DNA of 64,000 nt from a virus. Taxonomy: Duplodnaviria; Caudoviricetes. Numbering within the stretch: position 1 is the stretch's first letter; each line of letters opens with the position of its first letter. Made by a program: the position numbers and the translations under genes. Under the pieces are notes generated by a model. That model saw nothing but the letters and a program-made list of their open reading frames with translations, was not told the origin of the DNA and searched no databases. Location of the stretch: positions 1 to 64,000 of the IMG/VR virus record IMGVR_UViG_3300028887_000099; one strand, written 5' to 3'. Shown piece after piece: positions 9,592 to 18,813 of the stretch.

Positions 9592-9660
9592 GAAATTTGA
9601 AACTTTCTAAAATTTATGTTATAATAATATTAGAAAGTTGAGGGAGACCTTTTTGAACTT

Positions 9661-10272
9661 TGAAAATATAAATAACTTATACCTCGGTGAAAATCTGGAT
9701 GCGATGTCTAGTCCGAGGCGCACCGAAAGTGCTCGGGTCTAACGAAACAAGGATACTTGTGGATAGACGACCGCATTTTTAACGTGAGTGAAAAAATGAA
9801 TTCCTGTTGGAAGAAAGTAAAGGTGTGGCGCAAAAGTTATCGCAAATAAAAGCAGCCGTGGACAGGCGAGAGCAATAGACAGCAAGCGTTAAAAGCGTAG
9901 CCGAATCCAAGTTAGGAGTTAGCGAGTGGTGTCGGACTTAAACCTTGGAAATACCACTAATCTCGTGTGCGGTGAAGCAGAGAAATCTGTGTATAACTGT
10001 CTACAGCGTCCGAGTAGCGGAAATCGCAGTGACTTACTGAACATATAGATATTCTTGAAGATTAAGGTCTTTGATTAACATCTTTTCTGAATATCCCGTG
10101 AAAGGTAGAGGTAATCATTCCTCTGATGGACTTGGTCAAGGGAGGTAACTCCCGACTGGGGTAAGAAGTGTATTGGGGACGCCTGGTATGCTCAGACTTA
10201 TCTCCCATGTGGCTGAATATGTTTGAAGATAACGGATGTAAGGCGAAGGCTTATATTTTATTTATATTTTCA
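9661..10272 (+). ncRNA. Large ~610 nt ncRNA, probably ROOL-like
   Basis: Own promoter 9597-9625; perfect 15-bp terminal helix 9661-75/10258-72; size and tRNA-array setting match ROOL; family assignment is from recall only. Confidence 0.65.
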
Positions 10273-10462
10273 AGGGACAAAAAAGGATACTAGTTAAGAT
10301 TTTTGTTCCTAGATTCCTGTCTATCATCTCTTTTTAGAAAAGTACGTGTTAAAGGGGAATTTTAGGTCAAATATCATAGGGAATAGACCTCATATAGTCA
10401 GCTGGCGAGTGCGTCGTTCCAGAAAGCTGACTATAAAAAACACGGGGCTGGCGCAATTATAT

Positions 10463-10539
10463 GGGTTATTAGTCCAATTGGTAAGAACGATAGACTGTTA
10501 ATCTATGAGTTACAGGTTCGAGTCCTGTATAACCCGCCA
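10463..10539 (+). tRNA. tRNA-Asn(GTT)
   Basis: Cloverleaf, loop CTGTTAA, CCA. Confidence 0.95.
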
Positions 10540-10541
10540 TT

Positions 10542-10616
10542 TCCGGAGTAGCGCAAAGGAAGAGCGGCTGACTCTAAATCAGCAGGTTGAGATATCGTAA
10601 TTCTCCTCCGGTGCCA
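10542..10616 (+). tRNA. Amber suppressor tRNA (CTA), probably Gln
   Basis: Stem GCTGA/TCAGC, loop CTCTAAA (anticodon 10574-76), G73, T1:T72 mismatch, CCA. Confidence 0.92.
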
Positions 10617-10677
10617 AACTCCAGGGCGTACGTTTAGACGCGCGCCCTCAATATACTATTTGAAAGGATTTAATAAA

Positions 10678-10869
10678 ATGCTAAATGGTTTTGCAAAAAT
10701 TTATAATATTACTCCAAAAAAAGATAGTAAACGCCAACAGCAACTTAAAGATATACAGAAAGATACTATATATGTAACCTGTGCAGAATGCGGCGAAAAG
10801 CATACAACTCTTTATAAAGTTGGAGAACAATATTATTGTAAAGAACATAAAAATAGAGTTGTAACATAA
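10678..10869 (+). CDS. Small Zn-finger-like protein
   Basis: CAEC...C..H; 63 aa. Confidence 0.55.
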   Translation: MLNGFAKIYNITPKKDSKRQQQLKDIQKDTIYVTCAECGEKHTTLYKVGEQYYCKEHKNRVVT

Positions 10870-10883
10870 TGGAATATATTTAT

Positions 10884-10958
10884 ACCCATATAGTTCAATG
10901 GTAAGAACCGGCGACTTATAATCGTCAGATGAAAGTTCAACTCTTTCTGTGGGTACCA
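10884..10958 (+). tRNA. tRNA-Ile(TAT)
   Basis: Cloverleaf, loop CTTATAA, CCA. Confidence 0.9.
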
Positions 10959-11111
10959 TTAGAGAGGGAGTAAATATACGTTATACCTCTGCTTAAATGC
11001 CGTTTAGTATTAAGGAGACTACACTCCGGCTAAAAATAGAGTCAAACTCCGAATAATAGTGTTTTTGCGGACGGAGCTAGACAAAAACTAAGCCCGTCCG
11101 GCTTTTTATAT

Positions 11112-11187
11112 GGGGAGATAGTACAATTGGTGAGTATAGACGACTGATAATCGTCCGATATGGATTCAAGTTCCATTCTCCCTACCA
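11112..11187 (+). tRNA. tRNA-Ile(GAT)
   Basis: Cloverleaf, loop CTGATAA, CCA. Confidence 0.93.
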
Positions 11188-11190
11188 AAT

Positions 11191-11265
11191 GGGTGTGTGG
11201 CGCAATGGAAGCGCAGAAGACTTTTAATCTTAAGGTTGTCGGTTCAAGTCCGGTCACACCCACCA
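11191..11265 (+). tRNA. tRNA-Lys(TTT)
   Basis: Cloverleaf, loop CTTTTAA, CCA. Confidence 0.95.
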
Positions 11266-11271
11266 TTATAA

Positions 11272-11347
11272 ACGTCGCTGGTGTAATGGAAAACATCACA
11301 GTCTTCTAAACTGTAAGATGCGCGTTCAAATCGCGCGCGGCGTACCA
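11272..11347 (+). tRNA. tRNA-Arg(TCT)
   Basis: Cloverleaf, loop CTTCTAA, CCA. Confidence 0.92.
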
Positions 11348-11355
11348 ATTTAATT

Positions 11356-11430
11356 GCGCCTATCGTTCAATGGAAAGGACATAAGTCTCCTAAACTTAAA
11401 ATGTAGATTCAAATTCTACTAGGCGCCCCA
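11356..11430 (+). tRNA. tRNA-Arg(CCT)
   Basis: Cloverleaf, loop CTCCTAA, CCA. Confidence 0.92.
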
Positions 11431-11459
11431 CTCAATTTTTTTTATGGAGTGTAATATAA

Positions 11460-12440
11460 ATGTCTGATGAAAATAATGGTTTATATGTAAATAAAGTTAT
11501 ATATAACGATGAGTCAATAATAGACATTACTGATAGCACTGTTACAGAAAATTCTTTAATGTCCGGTGCAAAAGCTTATGGAGCAAATGGATAGCCTATT
11601 TATGGTATAGTAATTTAGGTAACTCCTGGTGATAAGTTACCATTAGTAGATGGTGTAGCTTCTGCTGGTAGTAGTATTTATTTATCAAGAGAAGACCATG
11701 TGCATCCTGCATATCCAACTGTTAATAGTAGTGCAGATGGTTTAATGAGTAGTGCAGATTATTAGAAATTAGCAGCTTTTAGCTCAGCTTCTAATTATGC
11801 TTTATTATCTGCAGTTCCTTCTAATACGAGTAATTTAAATAATGATAGTGGTTTTTTAACTATTAATACTTTACCAGATTTTTATGGAACTTGTAACACT
11901 GGCACTAATACTAATACTAAACAAATTACTATTAGTAATTTTCCCACTACTTTAGTAGCAGGATAGCGGATATATATAAAATTTGATTATTCGTGTTCAG
12001 CAGTAAATTATGTAACTAGTTTTGTAATTAATGGAACTTTTACAAATTCTGTTACTGGTGTAGTAGCAATGTGGAAAGCAGGTGAAATTGTTGGTTTTAT
12101 TTTTGATGGAACTTATTGGCATATTATAAATGAAACAGTAGCTGATCAAAGTCATTATGGGAAAACCATTCTTACAAATAGTGTAAATACTAATTCAAAT
12201 ACAATGGCCGCCAGTGCGGCAGGTTTAAAAGCAGTTTATGAAGCTATTCCTTCATAGATAAGTGAACTTAATAATGATAGTGGTTTCGTGAATGCTTCTG
12301 GTGCAGCTTCTGCCGCTCCGGTTTAGAGTGTGAATAGTTATACAGGTGATGTAGTTTTAGCCATTCCATCTATTGCTTATGGAAGTGCTCTCCCCTCTAC
12401 AGGAACACTTGGTGATATTTTTCTTTTAAAACGTTCATAA
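11460..12440 (+). CDS. Tail-fibre-like virion protein, code 15
   Basis: 326 aa through several TAGs; SREDHVHP, S.LNNDSGF (x2) and V(Q)SVNSYTGDV fibre motifs. Confidence 0.7.
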
Positions 12441-12453
12441 GGTAGGTGGTACA

Positions 12454-15360
12454 ATGGGCACTTGGAGTATAACAGGTAGTAATTTTATTGTAAATGGTAC
12501 GTATGCTAATATAACGGCTGTTACTGGATATGATCCTTCTGGTTATTATGCAGGCGGCGCCCTTATAGGGTGGGTGTACAACAACTCAAAGTATAATCCA
12601 CTTTGTATGCGTTTAACAATTCATCCTACTCAACGTATAAATAAAATTAGTGTAAAAGTTACTCACCAGAGTAAAGTTGCAGGATATGATAGTCGAGTTA
12701 AGTACTATGCTGCAGTAAGAACTTCTTGGCCAACTATTACTACTACGGGGACACAATTAAGTTGGACATCTGCTACTACAAGTACAATAACATTAGATAT
12801 TACTGCGACTTCTAGTGATTTTTATTTATATTTGTGGGGTGTTAATACCTCCACAACATACGTAGGCGAAGCAGATATAAATATTACTAAACTTGCTTCT
12901 CCTACAGGTACTCGATCATACGCAGTTTCGTATGCAAATGGCGGTCATGGTACAGCCCCTGCAGCACAAGAAAAAGTACATGGAACTGCATTAACATTAC
13001 GTTCTTTTATTTCTCCCGTTACGGGGACTACTGCAAATTATACCATTACCGGTAATGCAAATGGTAATACTTGGAGTGGTTCTAACGGTAGTGCTACACG
13101 TACTCCTAAGTATACCCAATCTTCTTGGAAATCTACTGCGGGTACTACATATAGTAGTGGTGGTTCGTATACAGCAAATGAAGCCACCACAATGACAGCT
13201 CAGTGGGGAACGAGTTATACATATACATATACTCTTCCTACAGGAACACCTTCAAAAGCATCAACTACTAGTAGCTGTACGGTAACTTTTAATGCTAATG
13301 GAGGATCGACAACAAAAACATCACAGAACGCGTCTAGAACAACAACTTATACTTTCAAAGGTTGGTTTACAGCTTCTACTGGAGGAACACAAAGAACGAC
13401 CAGTTCACAAGTTAGCGCAAGTGAGACTGTATACGCACAAATGAATTCTACAACTGGTGCTTATGGAAGTGTTACTTTACCAACAACCTCTCAATGTACT
13501 AGAGCGGGATATAAATTACTTGGATTTAGTACAAGTAGCACAGCAACGACTGCGTCGTACAATCCGGGAGCTTCTTATACGCCCACAGGAGCTATAATTT
13601 TATATGCAGTATGGCAAGCGTATAAAGTAACAATGACTTTCAACGTAAATGGTGGTACTATTACAACAGGTACTGGAACAACTCGTTATCGTGCATCAAG
13701 TAATATTGTACAACGTTCACAAGACAGTGGTAGCACTTGGTCAAATTTAACAGCAACATTAGCTACAGATAGCAGTACGGGTTATGTTGATTTGTGGAAT
13801 GTTGCAACCTATGGAGCTACTAAAACAGGGCATCATATAACAAACGCTACAGCATATCGTGCAGGGTCAGCTACCGGTACGATTATTAATCAGCAAACAA
13901 CTTCAACTACGGATACGAATGCTGCAACTATTCAAAATTTAACTGGTAGTGCTACACTAACTTCAGACGTGTCTGTTGTTTTATATATTAACTGGACTGC
14001 AGATACATACACAGTTAGTTATAATGCAAATGGTCATCCCGGAACGGCTCCATCATCTCAAACAAAAACATATGGCACTAATTTAACTCTACGTGCTTTC
14101 ATTGCTGATTCTGGTGGAACAGCGGCGACCGTAACTATTACAGGTAACGCAAATGGTAATACGTGGTCTGGTTCAAATGGTAGTGCGGGATATACAACAA
14201 CTAAGTATACTCAAAATTATTGGAATACAGAGTCTGACGGATCGGGAACTAATTATGCCTCTCAGGGTACATATTCAACTAATGCTGCTGCCACAATGTA
14301 TGCTCGTTTTACAACTACTGCAGCCGCTGGCACATCATATACTCTCCCGACAGGTACTCCATCGAAAGCCTCAAGTAGCACGGATAGTTTTACAGTAAGT
14401 TATAATGCTAACGGCGGTACATCTACTCCGTCTACTCAAACCTCTACTATTACTACATCTTATACATTTAAGGGATGGTTTACTCAATCTACTGGAGGAA
14501 CTCAACGTACAACGTCTTCTAGAGTAACTGCTGCGGAAACTGTATACGCGCAGATGAATTCTACAAATACACAGAACGCAGTCACTTTAGCCAGTGCTAT
14601 TAGTAAAAGTAGCACAACAGAAGATGGTTATACTATTTCTTATAATGCCAACGGGGGAACTTCGACACCTTCTTCGCAAACAGCCACTCGAACAATCGGT
14701 TATACTTTTGATAAGTGGGCGCTAAATTCTGCAACAAGTACAACAAAATACAATGCAGGCGCTAGTTATACACCATCAGCAAACGCAACAATGTATGCTA
14801 CTTGGACCGCAGGTACTACTAGTGAAGGTTCTGTAACGTTAGCAGCCGCCATTGTTAAAAACAATACTACGGAAGACGGCTATACTATTACGTTTAATGC
14901 TAATGGAGGAAGTACTTCAAAAAGTTCTGAGACAGCTACTCGTACTATCTCATATACTTTTAATAAGTGGGCTAAAGGTTCAGCTACTAGTACAACAACA
15001 TATAATGCAGGAGATTCGTATTCTCCAACAGCTAATGCTACGATGTATGCAACATGGAATTCAAGCATAATAAGTGAAGGAGACGTAACTTTACCAACAG
15101 CTTCTGAATGTACTCGTTCTGGTTATACTTTACTTGGTTTTAGTACTGATTAGAGTGCAATTATAGCGACATACGCACCGGGCGCAACGTATACACCAAC
15201 TGCTGCAATAATTCTTTATGCAGTATGGGCATTAGATTTGGCTCCAATTTATGTTTATACTACTGAATGGGGTGAATATGATGGGTATTATTATGAAAAC
15301 GGTTGGCAAGGTGCGGATGCATATATTTGGACTGGAAGTAGTTGGGAAAAGTATACATAA
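12454..15360 (+). CDS. Large Ser/Thr-rich repeat protein (Listeria-Bacteroides/InlB B-type repeats), adhesin or fibre-like, code 15
   Basis: Repeats of V.YNANGG...YTF.GW...(L/M)YA.W; one TAG at 15151 inside a repeat; 968 aa to TAA 15360. Confidence 0.75.
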
Positions 15361-15417
15361 TTTTGACTTTTTTAAAAATTTATGATATAATATAATTAGA
15401 AAGTGAGGAAAGTCGTT

Positions 15418-15567
15418 ATGAATAAAAAATTTTTGAAGAAAAATTCAGAAGAACTTGCGGCTTATCTTCAATTTAAACGCCGCGGTTCTCAAGTTCCTGC
15501 ACTTAAAGGGCGCGGCGCGCAGTATAAACGTAAACCAAAACATTTAAAAAGAGAGGAAGAATATTAA
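15418..15567 (+). CDS. Small basic protein, ArfA-like
   Basis: Own promoter (15363) and RBS; 49 aa with KGRGAQYKRKPKH, resembling the ArfA KGKGSYxRKxKH motif. Confidence 0.5.
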   Translation: MNKKFLKKNSEELAAYLQFKRRGSQVPALKGRGAQYKRKPKHLKREEEY

Positions 15568-15568
15568 A

Positions 15569-15769
15569 ATGCCTTATGCGGATTGTGAAGCTTGGTGTGG
15601 GATTGGAATGAATAAGTGTAAAAATAAATATTGTTCTGCAAATCCTCATTATATAAAACCCACCCCCAAACAAAAGTTAAAGGGTGGCCCCGGTAAGCCT
15701 CCACACACGACTCGTTCAAGAATTCGTAAAGATGATGGACGAGGTTGGCAATTTTTTGAATTTGAATAA
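15569..15769 (+). CDS. Small basic Cys-containing hypothetical protein
   Basis: 66 aa, coupled to the previous ORF. Confidence 0.5.
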   Translation: MPYADCEAWCGIGMNKCKNKYCSANPHYIKPTPKQKLKGGPGKPPHTTRSRIRKDDGRGWQFFEFE

Positions 15770-15793
15770 AAGGTACATTTAATGTACCTATTT

Positions 15794-15868
15794 GGGTTGC
15801 TAGTATAATGGTAGTATACCAGACTCTTAATCTGTGAGGTTGGGGTTCAAGTCCCCAGCGACCCACCA
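15794..15868 (+). tRNA. tRNA-Lys(CTT)
   Basis: Cloverleaf, loop CTCTTAA, CCA. Confidence 0.93.
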
Positions 15869-15876
15869 CTTTATAT

Positions 15877-15951
15877 GGGACGTTGGCATAATTGGTAATG
15901 CATCTGACGCTTAATCAGTATGATGGGAGGTTCGAATCCTTTCACGCCCCA
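15877..15951 (+). pseudogene. Degenerate tRNA (CTT loop with G33)
   Basis: D and T arms intact; loop CGCTTAA; acceptor stem shortened/mispaired. Confidence 0.6.
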
Positions 15952-15962
15952 AACTTTTAAAT

Positions 15963-16038
15963 GCCCTTGTGGACAATCGGTAAAGTCAACAGCCTGTCAC
16001 GCTGTAGGTAGCGGGGTCAGCACCCGTCAGGGGCGCCA
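15963..16038 (+). tRNA. tRNA-Asp(GTC), atypical T-loop
   Basis: Loop CTGTCAC, T-loop GTCAGCA, CCA. Confidence 0.9.
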
Positions 16039-16311
16039 GTTGCCTATTATTAGCCAGTAATAATAGGAAGTACGATAAATAATATACTGGAAGTCGTGTT
16101 GTTAAAGTTCAATTTTGGAAGAAGTTGACACGGTGCGCATGGTTCGTTTCGAAGTCCTTTCCATAATAGTTAGCGCAGACTAAATAGGATGGAGGGAACC
16201 CCAGCTAGCAAAAACACATCCAAAAGTGGTGCGAAGTGGGTTAACGCACATCCCCTGGCCGGAGTTAGGAGTTGCAAACGCTTTATCCGTAAGACAAAGC
16301 GGTAGACATAT

Positions 16312-16367
16312 CCAGGTGTAAGTCAATTGGTAGACGGCATGCTTTGGGAGCATATCCCAAAACCTGG
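16312..16367 (+). pseudogene. Truncated tRNA-Pro(TGG), 5-prime remnant
   Basis: Acceptor 5' strand, D arm and TTTGGGA anticodon arm present; no T arm or CCA. Confidence 0.75.
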
Positions 16368-16416
16368 TTTTTAACCAAAATTTTGTATTCTCTTATTATT
16401 TTTTCTACTTATATAA

Positions 16417-16495
16417 CGGGAAGTAGGGGAAGAGGGACCCCGCCTGTTTTGGGAACAGGACGTCACTGCAGCTTCGAGCGCTGTCTTCCCGACCA
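16417..16495 (+). tRNA. tRNA-Pro(TGG)
   Basis: CGGGAAG/CTTCCCG acceptor, loop TTTGGGA, CCA. Confidence 0.88.
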
Positions 16496-16520
16496 TTAGA
16501 ATAATAGGAGAATACAAAAT

Positions 16521-17093
16521 ATGGGGAAAAGTTTAACATTAGAAGAAATCAATTCTCGGTTTGAAAGTAGTTTTGATCAAAAGGTTGTTGCAACTAAATA
16601 TTTAAACAAGCGTTCTCCAATTGAACTAAAATGCTTAGAGTGTGGATATGAATGGTCACAACCGGCCGCGTCTGTACTATTTAATGAGCATCACAAATGC
16701 CCAAATTGTGGTATTGTTAAAAAAATAAGGCTTAAATGTGCTTATTGTGGAAAAGAATTTGAACGACATCAGAGCGAGATTAGAAAAAACAAAACTGGTT
16801 ATTTTTATTGTAGTCATATTTGTGGCAATCGTCATAAAAATCAATTACGCATGGAAAGTGGCGAATAGGATAATTCAGTAAATTATCGCTATAAAGCTAT
16901 GTATAATTTACTACATAAATGCGCTGTATGTGGTTGGGCAGAGGATGAACGTATTTTAGAAGTTCATCATAAAGATGAAGATAGAAGTAATAACGCATTA
17001 GACAACTTAATTATTTTATGTCCAACTTGTCATAGAAAAATTACACTTGGATATTATAAATTAACTGAGGATTATAAGTTAATTGAGATATAA
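16521..17093 (+). CDS. HNH homing endonuclease with Zn ribbons, code 15
   Basis: TAG 16866 read-through fuses the two track ORFs (190 aa); CxxC pairs, EVHHKDEDRSNN..NLIILCPTCH. Confidence 0.85.
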
Positions 17094-17095
17094 AT

Positions 17096-17156
17096 ACTGC
17101 GGCGGCTCAGTTTGAATAGAGCGGTCTATATGGCTATTCTATGTTTATAACCGCCA
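17096..17156 (+). ncRNA. 61-nt pseudoknot RNA, copy 1
   Basis: Same length and ends as 17739-17799, with a compensatory GGCGG/CCGCC stem. Confidence 0.5.
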
Positions 17157-17163
17157 TTTATAT

Positions 17164-17237
17164 GGGCGATTGGTGTAACGGCAACACATTTGGCTCTGAC
17201 CCAAAAGTTTAAGGTTCAAATCCTTAATCGTCTGCCA
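17164..17237 (+). tRNA. tRNA-Gln(CTG)
   Basis: Loop CTCTGAC, G73, CCA. Confidence 0.93.
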
Positions 17238-17287
17238 TTAAAAATTTGATTTTCTATAAAATTTATGATATAATATTTATAGAAAGT

Positions 17288-17414
17288 AAGAGAAGAAATA
17301 TCGCTCGCAATTATAGTTCCGTGCGACTTGAGCAAGGGTAAGAGTACCCCAGGATACTTACCTGGCTCCTACTGACATATGACGGAAGTCGGTGCAAATC
17401 CGATAACTTCTCTT
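17288..17414 (+). ncRNA. Candidate multi-hairpin RNA with T-loop-like hairpin
   Basis: Directly after promoter 17246; closing AAGAGAAG/CTTCTCTT; hairpins GGGTA/TACCC, CCAGG/CCTGG, TCGG-TGCAAAT-CCGA. Confidence 0.45.
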
Positions 17415-17422
17415 CTTTATAT

Positions 17423-17496
17423 ACCGCCATGGAGTAATGGTAACTCTAAGGTCTTTGAAGCCTTTGTTGTTGGTTCGAATCCAACTGGCGGCGCCA
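17423..17496 (+). tRNA. tRNA-Gln(TTG)
   Basis: Loop CTTTGAA, A1:C72 mismatch, G73, CCA. Confidence 0.93.
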
Positions 17497-17499
17497 TAT

Positions 17500-17575
17500 G
17501 CCCGATTACCCCAACGGAAGAGGGAGCTGGCTTAGAACCAGTAAAGTGTGGGTTCAAATCCCATGTCGGGTACCA
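17500..17575 (+). tRNA. tRNA-Leu(TAG), short variable loop
   Basis: Loop CTTAGAA, CCA. Confidence 0.9.
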
Positions 17576-17649
17576 AGAAATCCTCCTTATCGAAGCTTAT
17601 TTATTCTCGCGGTGCTGGGCATCACTCAAAACTGCCCGTGTTTTTCTCT

Positions 17650-17733
17650 GGGCGAGCCGAGTGATGGTCACTCAGCGGGCTGTAACCCCGTGGTCTAACG
17701 ACATTGTAGGTTCAAGTCCTACCTCGCTCACCA
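17650..17733 (+). tRNA. tRNA-Tyr(GTA)
   Basis: Loop CTGTAAC, long variable arm, CCA. Confidence 0.93.
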
Positions 17734-17738
17734 TACAA

Positions 17739-17799
17739 ACTGCGGCAGGTCAGTTCCAATCTACTGGTGCCCGTACCAGTTAAAGTTTTACAACTGCCA
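17739..17799 (+). ncRNA. 61-nt pseudoknot RNA, copy 2
   Basis: AACTG/CAGTT plus GGCAG/CTGCC; paralog of 17096-17156. Confidence 0.5.
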
Positions 17800-17806
17800 T
17801 TTATAT

Positions 17807-17883
17807 ACGTCAGTAGCTCAATGGACAAGAGCACACGGCTACGACCCGTGAGGTTGGGAGTTCAAATCTTCTCTGGCGTACCA
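17807..17883 (+). tRNA. tRNA-Arg(ACG)
   Basis: Loop CTACGAC, CCA. Confidence 0.93.
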
Positions 17884-17887
17884 AATA

Positions 17888-18069
17888 TGTCGGTAGGCAA
17901 GCATTAAAAGCCACTAAGACAATAGGAGCCTCAAAAGCTGGAACACAAAGGGAGAGAACCCTTAGCTACAACGACGTAGCAAACTAACATCTGTGCAATC
18001 CAGCGAGGATGCGCGTGATTGAGGTCGAAACTGCGAAAGCTGTGAAGTACACCGACTGCACGCTCGACA
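17888..18069 (+). ncRNA. Candidate ~180 nt structured RNA
   Basis: GTCGGT/ACCGAC, CCTCAA/TTGAGG and GCTGG/CCAGC nested helices. Confidence 0.45.
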
Positions 18070-18077
18070 TTTTATAT

Positions 18078-18153
18078 ACGGATTTAGCTCAACTGGAAGA
18101 GCACGGCCCTTACAAGGCTGAGGTTATGGGTTCAAGTCCCCTAGTCCGTACCA
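18078..18153 (+). tRNA. tRNA-Val(TAC)
   Basis: Loop CTTACAA, CCA. Confidence 0.95.
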
Positions 18154-18157
18154 TCTA

Positions 18158-18213
18158 AAGACCCATACAGCAATTTACTAAAATATATTGGGTATATATA
18201 TTTAACGGGTCTT
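18158..18213 (+). ncRNA. ACAGCAA-box RNA, short copy
   Basis: AAGACCC-ATACAGCAA...GGGTCTT. Confidence 0.6.
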
Positions 18214-18221
18214 GTTATTAT

Positions 18222-18308
18222 GCACGAGTGCTGTAATAGGAAACCAGGCATGGTTGAGGTCCATGTGTCTAATAAGACGTAGGGGTTCAAGTCCCCTCTC
18301 GTGTACCA
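18222..18308 (+). tRNA. tRNA-Leu(GAG)
   Basis: Loop TTGAGGT, long variable arm, CCA. Confidence 0.9.
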
Positions 18309-18314
18309 CTAAAA

Positions 18315-18809
18315 TTGAAAGAAGTGAGATCAGTGATAAGTCCAACACATGGAGAAATAACTCTCCATAAAACAGCAATTCTAATTAAAAATTTTATAGA
18401 AGGTGACCCCGATGGTCAGTATGCAATTTATATCGGTTCTGATAGCCAAAACACATACTACACCAAAATGGTTACAGTAGTTGCAGTCCATAAGGTCGGG
18501 CATGGCGGTCAATACTTCTATGAAATTTCTAAGTATGACAAAATTAAAGATATTCGTACAAAACTTTATACAGAAACTCAACTTAGTCTTGAAATGACCG
18601 ATAGACTTTTTGAGGAATTTCATAAACTGGATTTTAATTATGATGCAGATAATATTGCGTTCTGTATTCATATTGATGCTGGCAACGGCGGTCCAAGTGG
18701 TCAAGTAATTCCTGAAGTAGTTGGTTATGTTCATGCTATGGGTTATGAATGCGAAGTAAAACCTTCATCACCAATAGCTAGTTGTATTGCTGACCGAATT
18801 AGTAAATAA
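18315..18809 (+). CDS. RNase H-like fold protein (YkuK/DUF458 family)
   Basis: IGSDSQ, VVAVHKVGHGG.YFY, TETQLSL, IHIDAG, KP.S.IAS.IADR. Confidence 0.75.
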   Translation: MKEVRSVISPTHGEITLHKTAILIKNFIEGDPDGQYAIYIGSDSQNTYYTKMVTVVAVHKVGHGGQYFYEISKYDKIKDIRTKLYTETQLSLEMTDRLFEEFHKLDFNYDADNIAFCIHIDAGNGGPSGQVIPEVVGYVHAMGYECEVKPSSPIASCIADRISK

Positions 18810-18813
18810 AATA

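Noticed and set aside
10617-10660. HDV-like theta ribozyme after the suppressor tRNA
   Set aside because: Only a simple hairpin is present; no P1-P2-P3-P4 nested pseudoknot or catalytic C strand was recognisable by eye.
12454-15360. Diversity-generating retroelement target
   Set aside because: The internal repeats are protein domain repeats. No adenine-specific TR/VR pair or reverse transcriptase is seen in the window.
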